Shown piece by piece: positions 12,256-25,580 of a DNA stretch of 64,000 bases. The DNA is from Mustelus asterias (lineage: Eukaryota): positions 32,178,001-32,242,000 of the forward strand of contig NC_135808.1 of the NCBI RefSeq assembly GCF_964213995.1, given 5' to 3'. The notes beneath the pieces were generated by a model, which saw only the letters and a program-made list of their open reading frames with translations, searched no databases and was not told the DNA's origin. Position numbers and translations under genes: made by a program. The first letter of the stretch is position 1; each line of letters begins with the position of its first letter.

Positions 12256-15204
12256 CAAGTGGTATTCCTCAGGGATCAGTGCTGGGACCTTTGCTGTTTG
12301 TAATATCTATAAATGATTTGGAGGAAAATGTAACTGGATTGATTCATAAGTTTGCGGACAACACAAAGATTGGTGGATTTGCGGATAGCGATGAGGACCA
12401 TCAGAGGATACAGCAGGATATAGATCAGTTGGAGACTTGGGCGGAGAGATGGCAGATGGCGTTTAATCCAGACAAATGTGAGGTAATGCATTTTGGAAGG
12501 TCTAATACAGATAGGAAATGTACAGTAAATGGCAGAACCCTTAAGAGTATTGATAGGCAAAGGGATCTGGTTGTACAGGTACACAGGTCACTGAAAGTGG
12601 CAAAGCAGGTGGAGAAGGTAGTCAAGAAGGCATACGGCATGCTTGCCTTCATCGGCCAGGGCATTGAGTTTAAAAATTGGCAAGTCATGTTGCAGTTTTA
12701 TAGAAACTTAGTTAGGCTGCACTTGGAATATGGTGTTCAATTCTGGTCGCCACTCTACCAGAAGGATGTGGAGGCTTTGGAGAGGGTGCAGAAAAGATTT
12801 ACCAGGATGTTGCCTGGTATGGAGGGCATTAGCTATGAGAAGGGGTTGGAGAAGCTTGGTTTGTTCTCACTGGAGCGACGGAGGTTGAGGGGAAACCTGA
12901 TAGAAGTCTACAAGATTATGAGAGGCATGGACAGATTGGATAGTCAGAAGCTTTTTCCCAGGGTGGAAGTGTCAATTACTAGGGGGCACAGGTTTAAGGT
13001 GCGAGGGGCAAGGTTTAAAGGAGATGTACGAGGCAGATTTTTAACACAGAGAGTAGTGGGTGCCTGGAACTCGCTGCAGGGGGAGGTAGTGGAAGCGGAT
13101 ACGGTAGTGACTTTTAAGGGGCATCTTGACAAGTACATGAATAGGATGGAAATAGTGGGATATGGTCCCCGGAAGCGTAGAGAATTTTAGTTAAGTCGGG
13201 CAGCCTGGTCGGTGCAGGCGTGGAGGGCCGAAGGGCCTGTTCCTGTGTGTAATTTTCTTTGTTCTTTGAGAGTTCTCTATACACATTCCACCTGCTCATA
13301 GAATCATTGAGTCATTCAGCACAGAAAAGGCCCTTCAGCCAATCCAGTCTGCACCCACAGTAACTACCAATAAAGTCTCGCTGATCCCATTTCCTCCACG
13401 CGTCCTGCATCCATGAATGTTATGATATTTCAAGTGCTGATCCAAATATTTTTTAAAGGTTGTAAGGTTTCCGGCCTTCACTACCTTCCCAGGCAGCGCA
13501 TTCCAGATTCCCACCATCCTCTGAGTGATTATTTCCCCCGCTAATCCCCTCTGAATCTCAGCATTTCTAAACAATAGTCAGAAAACTATAAGGAATTGAA
13601 GATTCTGCACAAGTGGGTGGCACAGTGGTTAGCACCGCTGCCTCACAGCGGTAAGGAAGTGGATTCAATTCCAGCCTCGGGTGGCTGTCTGTGTGGAGTT
13701 TGCACGTTTTCCCTGGGTCTGCGTGGGTTTCCTCCGGGTGCTCCAGGTTCCTCCCACAGTTTAAAGATATGCAGGTTAGGTGCATTGGCCATGCTAAATT
13801 GTCCCTTAGTGTCCCAAGGTGTGTAGGTTGGATGGATTAGCCATTGGAAATGTGTTGGGTTACAGGGATAGGGTAGGGAAGTGGGCCTGGTAAATTAATC
13901 TGTCAGAGAGTTGGTGCAAGCTCAATGGGCCGAATGGCCTCCTTCAGCAGCATAAAAGTTTATAATTGGTGACAGTGAGGAATTTGAGAGCTATAGCATG
14001 TTGGTTGTGTGTGCACAGAAATGTTCCAACCTGTTTTTAAACAGCACCATTGTGTAATGCAGGTCAGGTTTCCTTAATTACAAGCTGTGTGTTGTGTACC
14101 TGCTGTTGCTTGGCTGCACTTGAGGATTTTCAGGGAATTCTTATCACTTGACCTCTTGGCTTCTAAACATCCCTCTGGCCTTCCATGCCATTGGTCACCC
14201 GAAGTGTCCACCCTCACATTCAGTGAGGCTAAACCTTACTAAAAATGGCAGAGTGTTGTTTCCAGCGAGTAAACTAGCGAGTTTCTCTCCAGACCTTACA
14301 ACAGTGCCAAAAAAAAAATCAAGGGGTGGTGTTTCATGCTGAGATACAGGGAAACAGGGCCTCAGCATGCTGGCAAAACCCGGCTGCAAAGTCAGCTGGA
14401 GAATAAACAGAGTCATTGGGTTGAATTTTTCAGCCAGTCCTGCAGACAGGATATTCTGGTCCCACCAATGGCTACCACCCACCCACCCGCAGCCTTTTCC
14501 CTGGCAGTGTGCCAGGGAAACAACGGAAAACACCATAGACATCGGCAGGAAGGGAAGGTTGTTATCAGTTTGGATGATTCTTGACAGTGGGTCAAAAAAC
14601 CTTAATCCTCCATTTGACAATACTTTAAGACCTTAAACAAATGTGTGAAAAATAAAAAAAGAACCTTGAATTTTTTGCAAAATTATGCTTTTCTTAGATA
14701 GCTCTCAGTAGATTGCTGATACAGTGCCTCAGAGCACCAGGGACCCAGGTTCAATTCTCAGCTTGGGTGACTGTCAGTGTGGAGTCTACATATTCTCCTC
14801 GTGTCTGTGTGGGATTCCTCTGGGTGCTCTGGTTTCCTCCCAGAGTCCGAAAAACGCGCTGGTTAGGTGCATTAGCCATGCTAAATTCCCTCAGTATATC
14901 CAAACAGGCGCAGGAGTGTGGCAACTAGGGATTTTCACAGTAACTTCATTGCAGTGTTAATGTAAGCCTACTTGTGATATTAATAAATAAACTTAAAAAA
15001 AGAGATTAAACTTCAATCCTGGATGAACTCCAGGATAATCCTGGATGATAAGTAATGCTAGCTGTTTTGTAATGTAGCTTTAAGTAAATTTCCTTTATTA
15101 GACAGTGTTACACTATTAATGTAGTGGAATATAGCGTTAAGTAAGTTTCCTTTATTACAGACCACTATTACTGTAGTATAATGTAGCTTTAACTGAGGTG
15201 ATCA

Positions 15205-15545
15205 GATCATAGAATCCCAGATCATAGAATCATACAATCCCTACAGTGCAGAAGGAGGCCATTCAGCCCATTGAGCCTGCACCAACCACAATCCCCCCAG
15301 GCCCTATTCCTGTAACCCCACATATCTACCCTGCTAATCCTCCCGGACACTAAGGGACAATTTAGCATGGCCAATCCACCTAACCCGCATATCTTTGGAG
15401 TGTGGTGAAATCCGGAACACCCGGAGGAAATCCACGCAGACACAGGGAGAACCTGCAAACTCCACACAGACAAGCCGGGAATTGAACCAGGGTCCCTGGT
15501 ACTGTAAGGCAGCAGTGCTAACCACTGTGCCACCGTGTCACCCAT
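15205..15545 (-). mobile_element. HE1-like V-SINE
   Basis: Full length. Confidence 0.85.
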
Positions 15546-17443
15546 GCTGGTGTTGTTCATTATTGATGATGAACAATTTATTACTCCACACTCCAGGAAG
15601 CTAGGCGATGCTTACCTCCCCGCCCCCTGCCCCCCATTGAACATGTGGACAGATACTACAACACTACAGATTTAAATGTCTCATCTGTTCAAATCCCTCC
15701 AAGGTCTCTGTCATTTCCTCAGTCCGATAACCATCAAAAAGCATTTAGAACTGAACTCATATTTATCGAGCACATCAGAGACACTGCAAAGGGTTTTAGA
15801 ATTGTGTGATAAAACAAGGTGTTTGATACACAGCCACAGTAAGGTGATAAGTCGTTCGAGACCAAACAAAGGTTTAATCAAAGAGGTAGGTTTTTAAGGA
15901 GTAGCTTAAAGGAGGGGAGTGAGGGAAAGAAACAGAGAGGTGTAGGGAGGGAATTCCAGTGCTTGGGGCCGAGACAATCAGAAGGCACAGCCTCCAATGA
16001 GGGAGCAATTAAAATTGGATGTGCTCAAGGGGTCAGAATTGGAAGAGCGCAGATAACTCCAAGGGGACGGAGGAGATTTGGTAGAAAGGGACAGATGAGG
16101 CCATGGAGGGATTTGAACAGAAAGATGAGAATGTTAAAATCGAGACTTTGTTTGACCAGAATTCAATGGAGGACTGTGTGAAAGGTGAACAGCACTTGGT
16201 CGGAGTTAAGATGTGGGCGGCAGAATGTTGGGCAACAGATGATGTAAGATTTAAGGAGGGTAGAATCTAGGTGAGCAGGCAGGAATGCATTGCAATAGTC
16301 AATCCTGGAGTTCACAAAGGCAACTCTATGTAGTTTAAAGAGCAGATGAGGTGAGGCGGGGCAAGAGGGTTGTCCAATGAGACTAAATAATTTGGTGCTG
16401 TGCTCTCTGGAGCTTAGCATAATGAAATCTCACTGAAACAGTTAAGATGCTGAATGAGCGTGTCCCTGTAGAAACCAAGAGGTTGTTTCCCTGAAGGGGA
16501 AGGGAGAGAGGGGGGATCCAGAACACAAGCATATTCTCACGATAACTGCTCAATCATTTAGGACTGAGATGAGGATTAATTACTTCACTCTGACGTTTGT
16601 GGAAATGTCTACCTTTTGAGGGTTGTGGATGCTTCTTTGTTGAGCATACTCAAGGCTGAGATGGCAAAAATCTTGATCTTTAATGGGATGTGGGTATTGC
16701 TGGCTAGGCCAATATTTATTGCCCAATCTTAACTTCCCTTGAGATGGCAGCAGCGAGCTGCCTTATTGAACCACTGCAGTCCCTGAGGTGTTGGTACCCC
16801 CCACAGTGCTGTTAGGAAGGGGGTTCCAAGATTTTGACCCAACGATAGTGAAGGAACAGCGATATATTTCCAAGTCAGGATGATGAGTGCCTTGGAGGGG
16901 AACTTCCAGGTGGTGGTGTTCCCAGGTATTTGCTGCCCTTGTCTTTCTGGTTGGTAACATTTGAGGGTTTGGATGGCGCTGTCAATTGAACCTTGGTGAG
17001 TTGCTTCTCTCAGGGAACCAAGGGATATTGGGAGCAGGTGGACAAGTGGCATTGAGGCTGAAGATCAGCCAGAATCATATTGAATGATGGTGCAGGTTTC
17101 TTGAGTTGTTCGGTCTACTCCTGCTCCTATTTCTTATGTTCCTAACTATTCATCATGGCAGTAAATTCCATGTTATAACTATTCTTTATGGGAAGAGATT
17201 TATCTTGAATTCACTATTGGATTTATCACTGACTTTCTCACTGTCCTCACAGATTTTCACATCTCAACGTCCTTCCGATCAAACCCACATCTCTTTTATA
17301 TTCCATTGATTGATTTGAAGTTGTCGAATTGAATACCTTTTACTCTGCCAGTTATAAAGTGCTCGTGGCACATGTTAACACCTCTCGCCTGACAGTTTGC
17401 AGACATTACAATGGATCACACTGAGATCTGATTCTATTTTTAG

Positions 17444-17539
17444 GACCAGCTGAAATTATCCTTGGATTCCATGGAAAATAAAAAGAAAAATCAAAGTGAA
17501 TTCAAACAGCGGCAGGAGAGGAAGATTTTAGAACTGGAG
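17444..17539 (+). CDS. TRIM-B exon 2 (coiled coil, 96 nt)
   Basis: ttttag|GAC CAG CTG...CTG GAG|gtgagt; DQLKLSLDSMENKKKNQSEFKQRQERKILELE; 96 nt is the usual size of this TRIM exon. Confidence 0.9.
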
Positions 17540-17619
17540 GTGAGTATGACTTCAGCTCCCTTTCAACACTGCAACCCTTTAACAACCCGCTGTTTAAACA
17601 ATCTCTCTCACTGTCATAG

Positions 17620-17853
17620 CAACTCACTGGATCCCTGGAGCAAGACATCTCTGCACAATTTGCTCAAATCCATCGATATCTTGAAGACAAAGAGAAACAT
17701 TTAATCGAAGAGCTGAAGAGACAAAAGGAGGAAGATCTGCGACCAATGGAGAAGAATCTGAGAAGAATTAAAGAGGAACTGACTTCACTTGAGGGGAAGA
17801 TATTGAACCTTTGTGTAGACATCGAGCAGCAAGACAGCGTCTCCTTTCTCAAG
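17620..17853 (+). CDS. TRIM-B exon 3 (coiled coil, 234 nt)
   Basis: catag|CAA CTC...CTC AAG|gtgacc; QLTGSLEQDISAQFAQIHRYLEDKEKHLIEEL...QQDSVSFLK; open. Confidence 0.9.
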
Positions 17854-18589
17854 GTGACCCTTTATAACCCAAACCCCAAACTGTTGGTGTGATTGTAAAC
17901 AGCATTTTATAATGGGGCTCAAACCCTGTTGCTTCTATTGGCTTGTTAATGTAGTTATAACTATCATTTCCCTCAAGTAGCCAGACAAAATGACGGAGTG
18001 GTTCAAAATGATTTATTGAAGACTATAGCTACAAGGACCCTGATTAAGCCAGTCAGAGTACAGAGTTCAGAAATACATAGGTAGTTGTAGATTCAAATTC
18101 GATTACAAGTAATTAGCATATATCAATCAAAGTATAGGAGTTATCTCTATCCACCCACAGTTATCATTCATAAGATACAGTTATGAAAACCAATCCCAAT
18201 CAGCATACACTTGCTTAATTATAATATCCAATCAGTATGAGGTTTTAATTGCAGCAGTAGGTTATTGTTCCAACTATCTTTGGACACCCCAGCTGTGTCT
18301 GAATGTTAGAACAAAAATCAATCGTCCCATTTCCAAATGCCATGGTTTAATGGCCTCTGCCAGACTAAGACATTGTCCTCATTTTCTGCTCATCCGAAAG
18401 ATCTGTATACTCAGACAGTCGTCCTTTGTATAGCACCTTACTATCCTGATGTGCATATCTCTGCTGTTAAACTGTGTGCTTGCTTTTTCATGGTTTAATA
18501 CTTTCACTGGACACAGTTATTAATATGGCTACTATTCTCCGCCATAACTTCTAGTATGGCTATCATTCCCCCCCAAACCCCATCACATT

Positions 18590-19380
18590 TGTAAATGTGA
18601 GGTCATCCATTTTTGGCAGCAAAATGGACTATTATTTAAATGGTGAAAAATTGCAGCATGCTATTGTGCAGAGGGACCTGGCTGCCCTTGTGCAGGAATC
18701 TCAAGGAGTTGGTTTGCAGGTGCAGCAGGTAATTAAGAAGGCAAATGGAATTTTGTCCTTTATTGCGAGAGGGATGGAGTTTAAAACAGCAAGGTTATGT
18801 TGCAGCTGTAAAAGGTGCTGGTGAGGCCACACCTGGAATACTGTGTACAGTTTTGGTCTCCTTACTTGAGAAAGGATATACTGGCACTGGAGTGGGTGCA
18901 GAGGAGAATCACGAGGTTGATTCCGGAGTTGAGAGGGTTGGCTTATGAGGAGAGACTGAGTAGACTGGGGCTATACTCATTGGAATTCAGAAGAATGAGG
19001 GGAGATCTTATAGAAACATATAAGATTATGAAGGAAATAGATAAGATAGAAGCAGGGAAGTTGTTTCCACTGGCGGGTGAAACTAGAACTAGGGGGCATG
19101 GCCTCAAAATAAGAGGAAGCAAATTTAGGACTGAGTTGAGGAGGAAGTTCTTCACGCAAAGGGTTGTGAATCTGTGGAATTCCCTACCCAGTGAAGCAGT
19201 TGAGGCTACCTCATTGAATGTTTTCAAGGCAAGGGTAGATACATTTTTGAACAGGAAAGGAATTAAGGGTGAGCGGGCAGGTATGTGAGTCCACGAAAAG
19301 ATCAGCCATGATCTTATTGAATGGCGGAGCAGGCCCAAGGCCAGATGGCCTACTCCTGCTCCTAGTTCTTATGTTCTTCC
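18590..19380 (+). mobile_element. CR1 LINE 3' fragment
   Basis: LVRPHLEYCVQFWSP, RGDLIE, FTQRVV; ttcttatg tail. Confidence 0.85.
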
Positions 19381-21655
19381 AACATGATATAATGTGCAGT
19401 ATAACTGAGGACTGTCAGTCAGGATTGAACTCAGGAGTGTTGAGGAGACTGTCCCACACTGTCAGCACTTCACACTGGCTTGATGAGGTTTGATGAACTC
19501 TATGTAGGATATATTTCCACTTGTAGGGAAGATCCAAACTGGGAACCAGAATTAATGAAACAGATAGGAAAACTCTGTTTACCTCGATAGGAATGGATTA
19601 ATATGGAGTACTGTATTAACACCAGCATTAAACAGATGGGCCAAATGGCCTGTTTTCCTTTCACTGACTCTCTGTATTTCAATAGAATTGCCTCATAGCT
19701 TCTGAGCTTTGGATCATTGTAAGTGAGTGTTCCATTGGATAATTATCTTGCAGTGGGAACCATCCAAAAAATACGATTAAAACCACAAACTTCAGAAGGT
19801 TTCAACTGTGTAACCAGGATAGTTATCCAGGGAAAGTTAGAGTTTTCTATGACACTTCTTCCAAACCTGTTCTGAACAGTTCCCCAGAAAGCTCAGATAA
19901 ACACAAAACGTTCGCACTCTTTCTCTCGCACAGCTGCTGCCAGACCTGCTGCGTTTTTCCATCGTTTTCCATTTGTAATTCAGGTTTCCAAATGCACAAT
20001 TTGGCCTTTATCTTGGGGAATCTTGGTGACAGAATAAACTGTCCTATCAGCTCTGTCACCTCACCAATGCTTCTGCTGATTTGAACTCAAAGGTTAACAG
20101 GAATGGAGAGGAGTGTTAGTTGGGTGAGCAAGCCCATATCTGCCAAAGTCAAAATACAACCTGCAGTATGATAGAAATGTTGAGAAGTCAGGAGGCCAAA
20201 GAGGATTGAGACAGCAAGTCAAAACTTTGTAGCCTGCAAGTATGGATAGTGATGATAGAGGCTCCCATTTCTTTCCATCGTTTAACTGACCAGTAGTCTC
20301 TCCTGCTCTGGCTGCCATTGGCACGTTGGGAAGAATTTGTAGGTTCTCAATCTATTTTGCTGCGTTATGAACATACCTTCCTTGGCCATCAGATCCTGGG
20401 GTGGGACTGGAACCTGGAGCTTCTGGCTCAAAGGAAGTGGTGCTACCCACTGTGCCACAAGACCTCCCCATGCAAAGGTCTATTGGACATGTGGTTAAAG
20501 GGTAAGACCGCACGAGGGTGAGCGTTCCAGTGCCTAAGGTTTTTATCCAACAAATGTTGAGAGATTAGTCCTTGCCGCCCTTCCACAGACCTCTCACCCC
20601 ATACGCTGTTTCTATACACAACTTAGATCACTTGGCCTAAGTCTCACACACATGCCTCACCAAATCAGTCACAGAGAAAACACAATGAGAGTAAATTTCA
20701 TGGTCCCATCTGCCATGGGGAACTTCACGGGCTGGACAGAAAATTTGACAGACCATTTAAAGATCCATTAACCTCAAGTGGGAATTTCCAGTCTTGGGGT
20801 GGGTGGGAGTGGAAAATCCCCTCCAATGTCTTACAAAGATGGTCAGTTACCTACGTAGTGTGGACTTCCTGACTCCCTGTCTGCTCTGCTATCTCCTTAA
20901 TACCTTCTTTCTCCAAATTGTGACCACAGTTAGGATTTTACGATTTGTGATTATGAGGTGAGTCCTCATAGTATCTTTCCCATCATTCCTCTGTGTTGGC
21001 TAACTTTCCCATTATGCCCGAAAGGCTCCCATAGTTGACTTTAAAGGTGTTAATATCCAAACCACATTTACCTATTTCTAAAGCTGTAAATGTACATCTT
21101 AATATGAGTCTGAATGTCAAATTATTTCATTCCTCTGAGTCAGATGGCGTTAGCTGAGCATGCAATCAGGTGACGCAATGAGGGTGGGACGGGATCACTG
21201 ATAGTCTGGTGGTGGAATTGATGAGCTAAATGGCTTCACATACCCAAAAATAGTTTGTGACCCAACACCTGAATATCTCTGACAGGTTACTGAGGTTTCC
21301 TCATTGAGCAGACACTGAGATCAGGTTCCCAGATCACGGTTCCAAGGTCAGAGTTGCACAGACCAGCGAGATGCCCTGAGTTACTGGGAACAAAGTGAAC
21401 AGGAATGAAAGGACCTGATCAATGAATCTTCAAAGTCTTCAACAAAAGAGCAAACTCTGTCCGAGCATTTGGGGTTGGACATGGAAGGGAAGAGGGTGAT
21501 ATCTGATGCGGTATCAAATCAGTGGAACACATCACTGAAAACTCCACCCAGATCCCTTCACATTTAACTAAAATCACTGATTCTACATCATTGAAAATTA
21601 CAATCTAAACAGCAGCGTCATATTCATTAAATGTTTCTGATTCTCTGTCCCACAG

Positions 21656-21678
21656 GAACTGAAAAGATTGAGAGAAAG
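21656..21678 (+). CDS. TRIM-B exon 4 (23-nt micro-exon)
   Basis: cacag|GAACTGAAAAGATTGAGAGAAAG|gtgagt; the 23-nt exon typical of B30.2 TRIMs; paralogous copy at 35496-35518. Confidence 0.85.
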
Positions 21679-21770
21679 GTGAGTATCTAATCCAAACTCA
21701 CACAGGATTTTACACTGTGATCACAGTCTGTATCCAGCAGAGAGTGATTAAATCAATCCCATTCACACAG

Positions 21771-21997
21771 CTACCTGGATAAAGGAGAAGATGAGGCATA
21801 TTCAGATGGGAGTATAATATCAAAGAGGAGTGACGATGAAGAAGATGAATATGGATTTGAAGATTCAGATTCGGATAAAAGTGATGTCTTTAAACTGAAT
21901 GAGGAGATAGTGATGTTTCCACGACAGAAATATGCAGGATTTTAAGGCTTGTTTCTCTACCCAGTGTGGAAGGCAATGAAACGGATCATCTTTCCAG
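21771..21997 (+). CDS. TRIM-B exon 5 (acidic linker) with in-frame TAA at 21943-21945
   Basis: cacag|C TAC CTG GAT...GGA TTT TAA GGC...TTT CCA G|gtaaga; D/E-rich; ends with the WKAMKRII motif; the paralogue has CAA at the stop position. Confidence 0.85.
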
Positions 21998-22448
21998 GTA
22001 AGAAACTCCCCAGCTTGGTGTCCACTCTCTGTACAGCTTCCTGCCCTCACCCTCCCTCTCCTGAAGGTGCTGCCTGTTACTGGGTACAGATCACTGGGGC
22101 AGCAGCATCAGGGATCCCACTCAAGGGAATGTTCTCAATGTGAAATCTGAGATTGAGTGATCCAAGCATTGAGGGGATCAGAACATCCTCTTACTTGACA
22201 TCCAGTCACTCAGACGCAGATTTTCACCACTTCAGAGCCTTCCGGCCCTGGTGAAAATGCTGAATGAGCCCAGAAATCCCAGGCCTCTTCCCCCAATGCA
22301 GCCCCTCCATTTCCCTGGGTGCTCGGGTAGGGGTGTATTACCAAGGCAGCTGATCCTATAAATGATCAGTTGCCTCCACAGAAGTTGGATTGTGGTAGGC
22401 CGGGACTATGAAACCTGGAATGCGCAGATTAGACCAGGTAAGAGCTGG

Positions 22449-22800
22449 TGGCAGCACGGTGGCACAGTGGTTAGCACTGCTGCCTCACAGTGCCAGGGAC
22501 CTGGGTTCAATTCCAGCCTTGGGTGACTGTCGGCGTGGAGTTTGCACGTTCTCCTCATGTCTGTGTGGGTTTCCTCCGGGTGCTCTGATTTCCTCCCACA
22601 GTCCAAAGGTGTGCAGGTTAAGTGTACTGACCATGCTAAATTGCCCCTTAATGTCCCAAGATGTTTAGGTTAGGAGGATTAGCAATAGGAAATGTGTGGA
22701 GTTTCAGGGAAAGAGCCTGGATGGGATGCTCTGGTGGAGGGTCGGTGGAGAATGGATGGACTGAATGGCCTCTTTCTGCGCTGTAGGGATTCTATGATTC
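22449..22800 (+). mobile_element. HE1-like V-SINE in TRIM-B intron 5
   Basis: Full length. Confidence 0.85.
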
Positions 22801-23562
22801 AGCCCGTAGCCAGTATAGAGAGCTAAGGGACCTTCAGCAATGTTAAACGTTTGCATGATTATGTATGAAAAGTGCATCAACTCATTGGAGCTGTCAATGA
22901 AATATCCAAATGATACGAGGTGAGTTGGGATGAAGGAGTAAAGGTAAAGAATGGTAGGTGGGGGGCACAGCAGTCTGTAAAGGGTCGAGTGCATGATGAG
23001 CATGGGGCAGGAGGCGGCAGAGACTTGCATCGATGGAGAATGGGGGCTACATGGGGTTTGATGGCAACAGTGCCGTTTTCTTGTTTCAATTTTTTTTCAT
23101 TTATATAAATACAATGCTGGAACCCAGAGACAAGCTAACATCAAGATTAAATCCATAATATGGTCATGGCTAATCTCAACTCTGCCTCCTCTCCACATCC
23201 CTGCCCAGCAAAGGAGGAGGAGGGGAGGAAGGTGAAGATGAGCCCGAAACGAGATCAGCCGTGATTGCATTGAATGGCAGAGCAGACCCGAGGGGCTGAA
23301 TTGCCTATTCCTGCTCCGAGTTCTTCTATTTTCCAGTCTCAATCCTCGGGGAGGAGGTGAGGGAGCCCAGCTGGAGTCTGGGAATATATCTAACTGTACA
23401 CCGTACCCAGTCTGTAATATCTGTTCACTGTACACACTGGAGTCTGGGAATAGTTAATGATATTGAAATTATGGGTGGGGTGCTGAATGCAGTTATAAAC
23501 TGTGTCCTTGTAGATTCTTCTGTGCAAAATAATTAACCCGTTCTCTCCTTCCTTTTCTCCAG

Positions 23563-24092
23563 CTCCTGACTCACTGACGCTGGACCCAAATACAGTGCAT
23601 CGTGACTTCATCCTGTCTGATGGCCAGACCTGTGTGAAATTCAAGAATTCCCGGCTTCGTGGTAACTCAGAGAGGTTTGATGAGTGTCGTTGTGTCCTGG
23701 GGTCAGAGGGATTTAAATCCGGGAAACATTACTGGGAGGTGGAGGTCAGTGGTAGTGACATGTACGCAATCGGTGTGGCCAGAGAGTCAGCCAAAAGGAA
23801 AGGAAAGCTCACACTGAATCCTAACAAAGGGTATTGGAGTGTGGGGCGGAGAAATCATAAATGTGGAGCAAATGAACAATATTTTGTCCCACTGACTGCG
23901 AATGTGACCCTCAGAACCATCGGAGTTTTCCTGGACTATGACGGGGGACAGGTGATCTTTTACAATGCTGATGATATGTCTGTTCTCTATAATTTCACTG
24001 ATAGATTCAGTGAGGAACTCTTCCCTTTTCTCTATCCTCAATCTCCCGGTATGGGTGACGGGGCTCTTAAACTCCGTCACTTTGAACCGTAG
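23563..24092 (+). CDS. TRIM-B exon 6 (PRY-SPRY/B30.2 domain)
   Basis: ttctccag|CT CCT GAC...; LTLDPNT, ERFD, CVLGSEGF, GKHYWEVEV, IGVFLDYDGG, FYNA motifs; open to TAG at 24092. Confidence 0.92.
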
Positions 24093-25219
24093 AGTCCTAA
24101 AGCGTTGTATGAGTTTGCAAAGAATTCAGATCGATATTCAGCCCTCATCGAGGATATCAGAGGTCATGTGACTTTTAAAACTGATGTGTCTGAGGTGCGG
24201 TGAGGTTATACCTGTATGGGGAAGAGGGGGTGTGGGGGGTGTGGGGAGTGCCCCAATCTTAGCATTGTGTTGGGGGGTGGGAGCAGGGGTCCCAGTGCCT
24301 TGGGGGGGCGGGGGGGGCGGTGCAGTGTCTTAAATATAACCTTGATATTGGGGAGCCTTGTAAAAAGGGCTCAGAATGTCAGTGTAACCAGTGTGTTTTG
24401 GTCCCTCCAGCTGGCTGCATGATCCTCACCAGATCTCTGAAATTGCACAGAGTGCTATTTAATCAGGTGATAAAAGATGCCTGTTTAATCTGGTGATAAA
24501 AGGCGCCTGTGAAGCCAGCGTGTTTCTCACTGCTTTTCTCTCCTGATCCAACAGTCTGTGCAATTTTGGGGAAATTCTGCCCCTTGATTTCTACATTGTT
24601 CTATATTGTCACTCGGTTTGGTGGCCTACCAATGTTTGGTACCCATTGCTGTTTCTGGTACTCAGAACCCTTTCTGCCACCCTAATTATAGAACCTGCCA
24701 GAACTCTGGTCTTGCCTGGTTCAGATGAAGACTGCCCCAATGGTACGGCTCTCAGTTTTCCCAGCACTGGTGCCAATGCCCCATCAATTGAAACCCATTA
24801 TTCCCGCACCAAACTTTGAGCTACGCATTTCGTTCTCTGATCTTATTTACCCCATTCCAATTTGCTCATGGCTCAGGTAATAATCCAGAGATTTCTAGCG
24901 TTGAGGGTTTGCTTTCTAATTTAGCCTCTTGCTGCTCACACTCTCTAAATGGAACCTCGTTCCTAGTTCTACCCCTTTCCTGGTCTCACCTTTGTCGTTG
25001 GTGCCTACATGGAGCCTGACAACTGGATCCTCCGCCTATCATTGCAAGTCCCATTCCAGCTCTGAGCAGATACCCCGAACCCTGGCACTGGGCAGGCAGC
25101 ACAGCATCTGGACTCAATGCTCTCGACTGCAGAGAACTGGATCTAACATTCTGACTGTACTGTCCCAACAAGCAGGACATTCACATTAGCTTCCCCTGCT
25201 TGAATGGTTTCCTGTAGTA

Positions 25220-25580
25220 CAAAAGGTCGTGAATGTAGCCCAATCCATCAGGCAAACCAGCCTCCCATCCATTGATTCTGTCTACACTTCCCGCTGCCTC
25301 GGCAAAGCAGCCAGCATAATTAAGGACCCCATGTACCCCGGACATTCTCTCTTCAACCTTCTTCCTTCGGGAAAAAGATACAAAAGTGTGAGGCCACATA
25401 CCAATCAACTCAAGAACAGCTTCTTCCCTGCTGCTGTCAGACTTTTGAATGGACTTATCTTGCACCCTGGCTTTGACTGTAACACTACGTTCTGCACTCT
25501 TGTTTCCTTCTCTATGAACAGTATGTTTTGTCTGTATACTAATACCTGTGACAATAATAAATCAAATCAGATCAAATCAA
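25220..25580 (+). mobile_element. Rex1/Babar-type LINE 3' end
   Basis: Same motif; tail tgtgacaataataaatcaaatc repeats. Confidence 0.7.

Larger units (their letters stand above)
11060..13270 (+). mobile_element. CR1 (HER1-like) LINE: endonuclease and RT fragments with nested inserts
   Basis: GVYYRPP, VVVGDF, QHGFVKGRSCLTNL, YMDFSKAFDKV, KFAD; 3' tail ttctttg. Confidence 0.9.

Noticed and set aside
17950-18587. Possible solo LTR (TG...CA, antisense AATAAA)
   Set aside because: No target-site duplication or second copy to support it.
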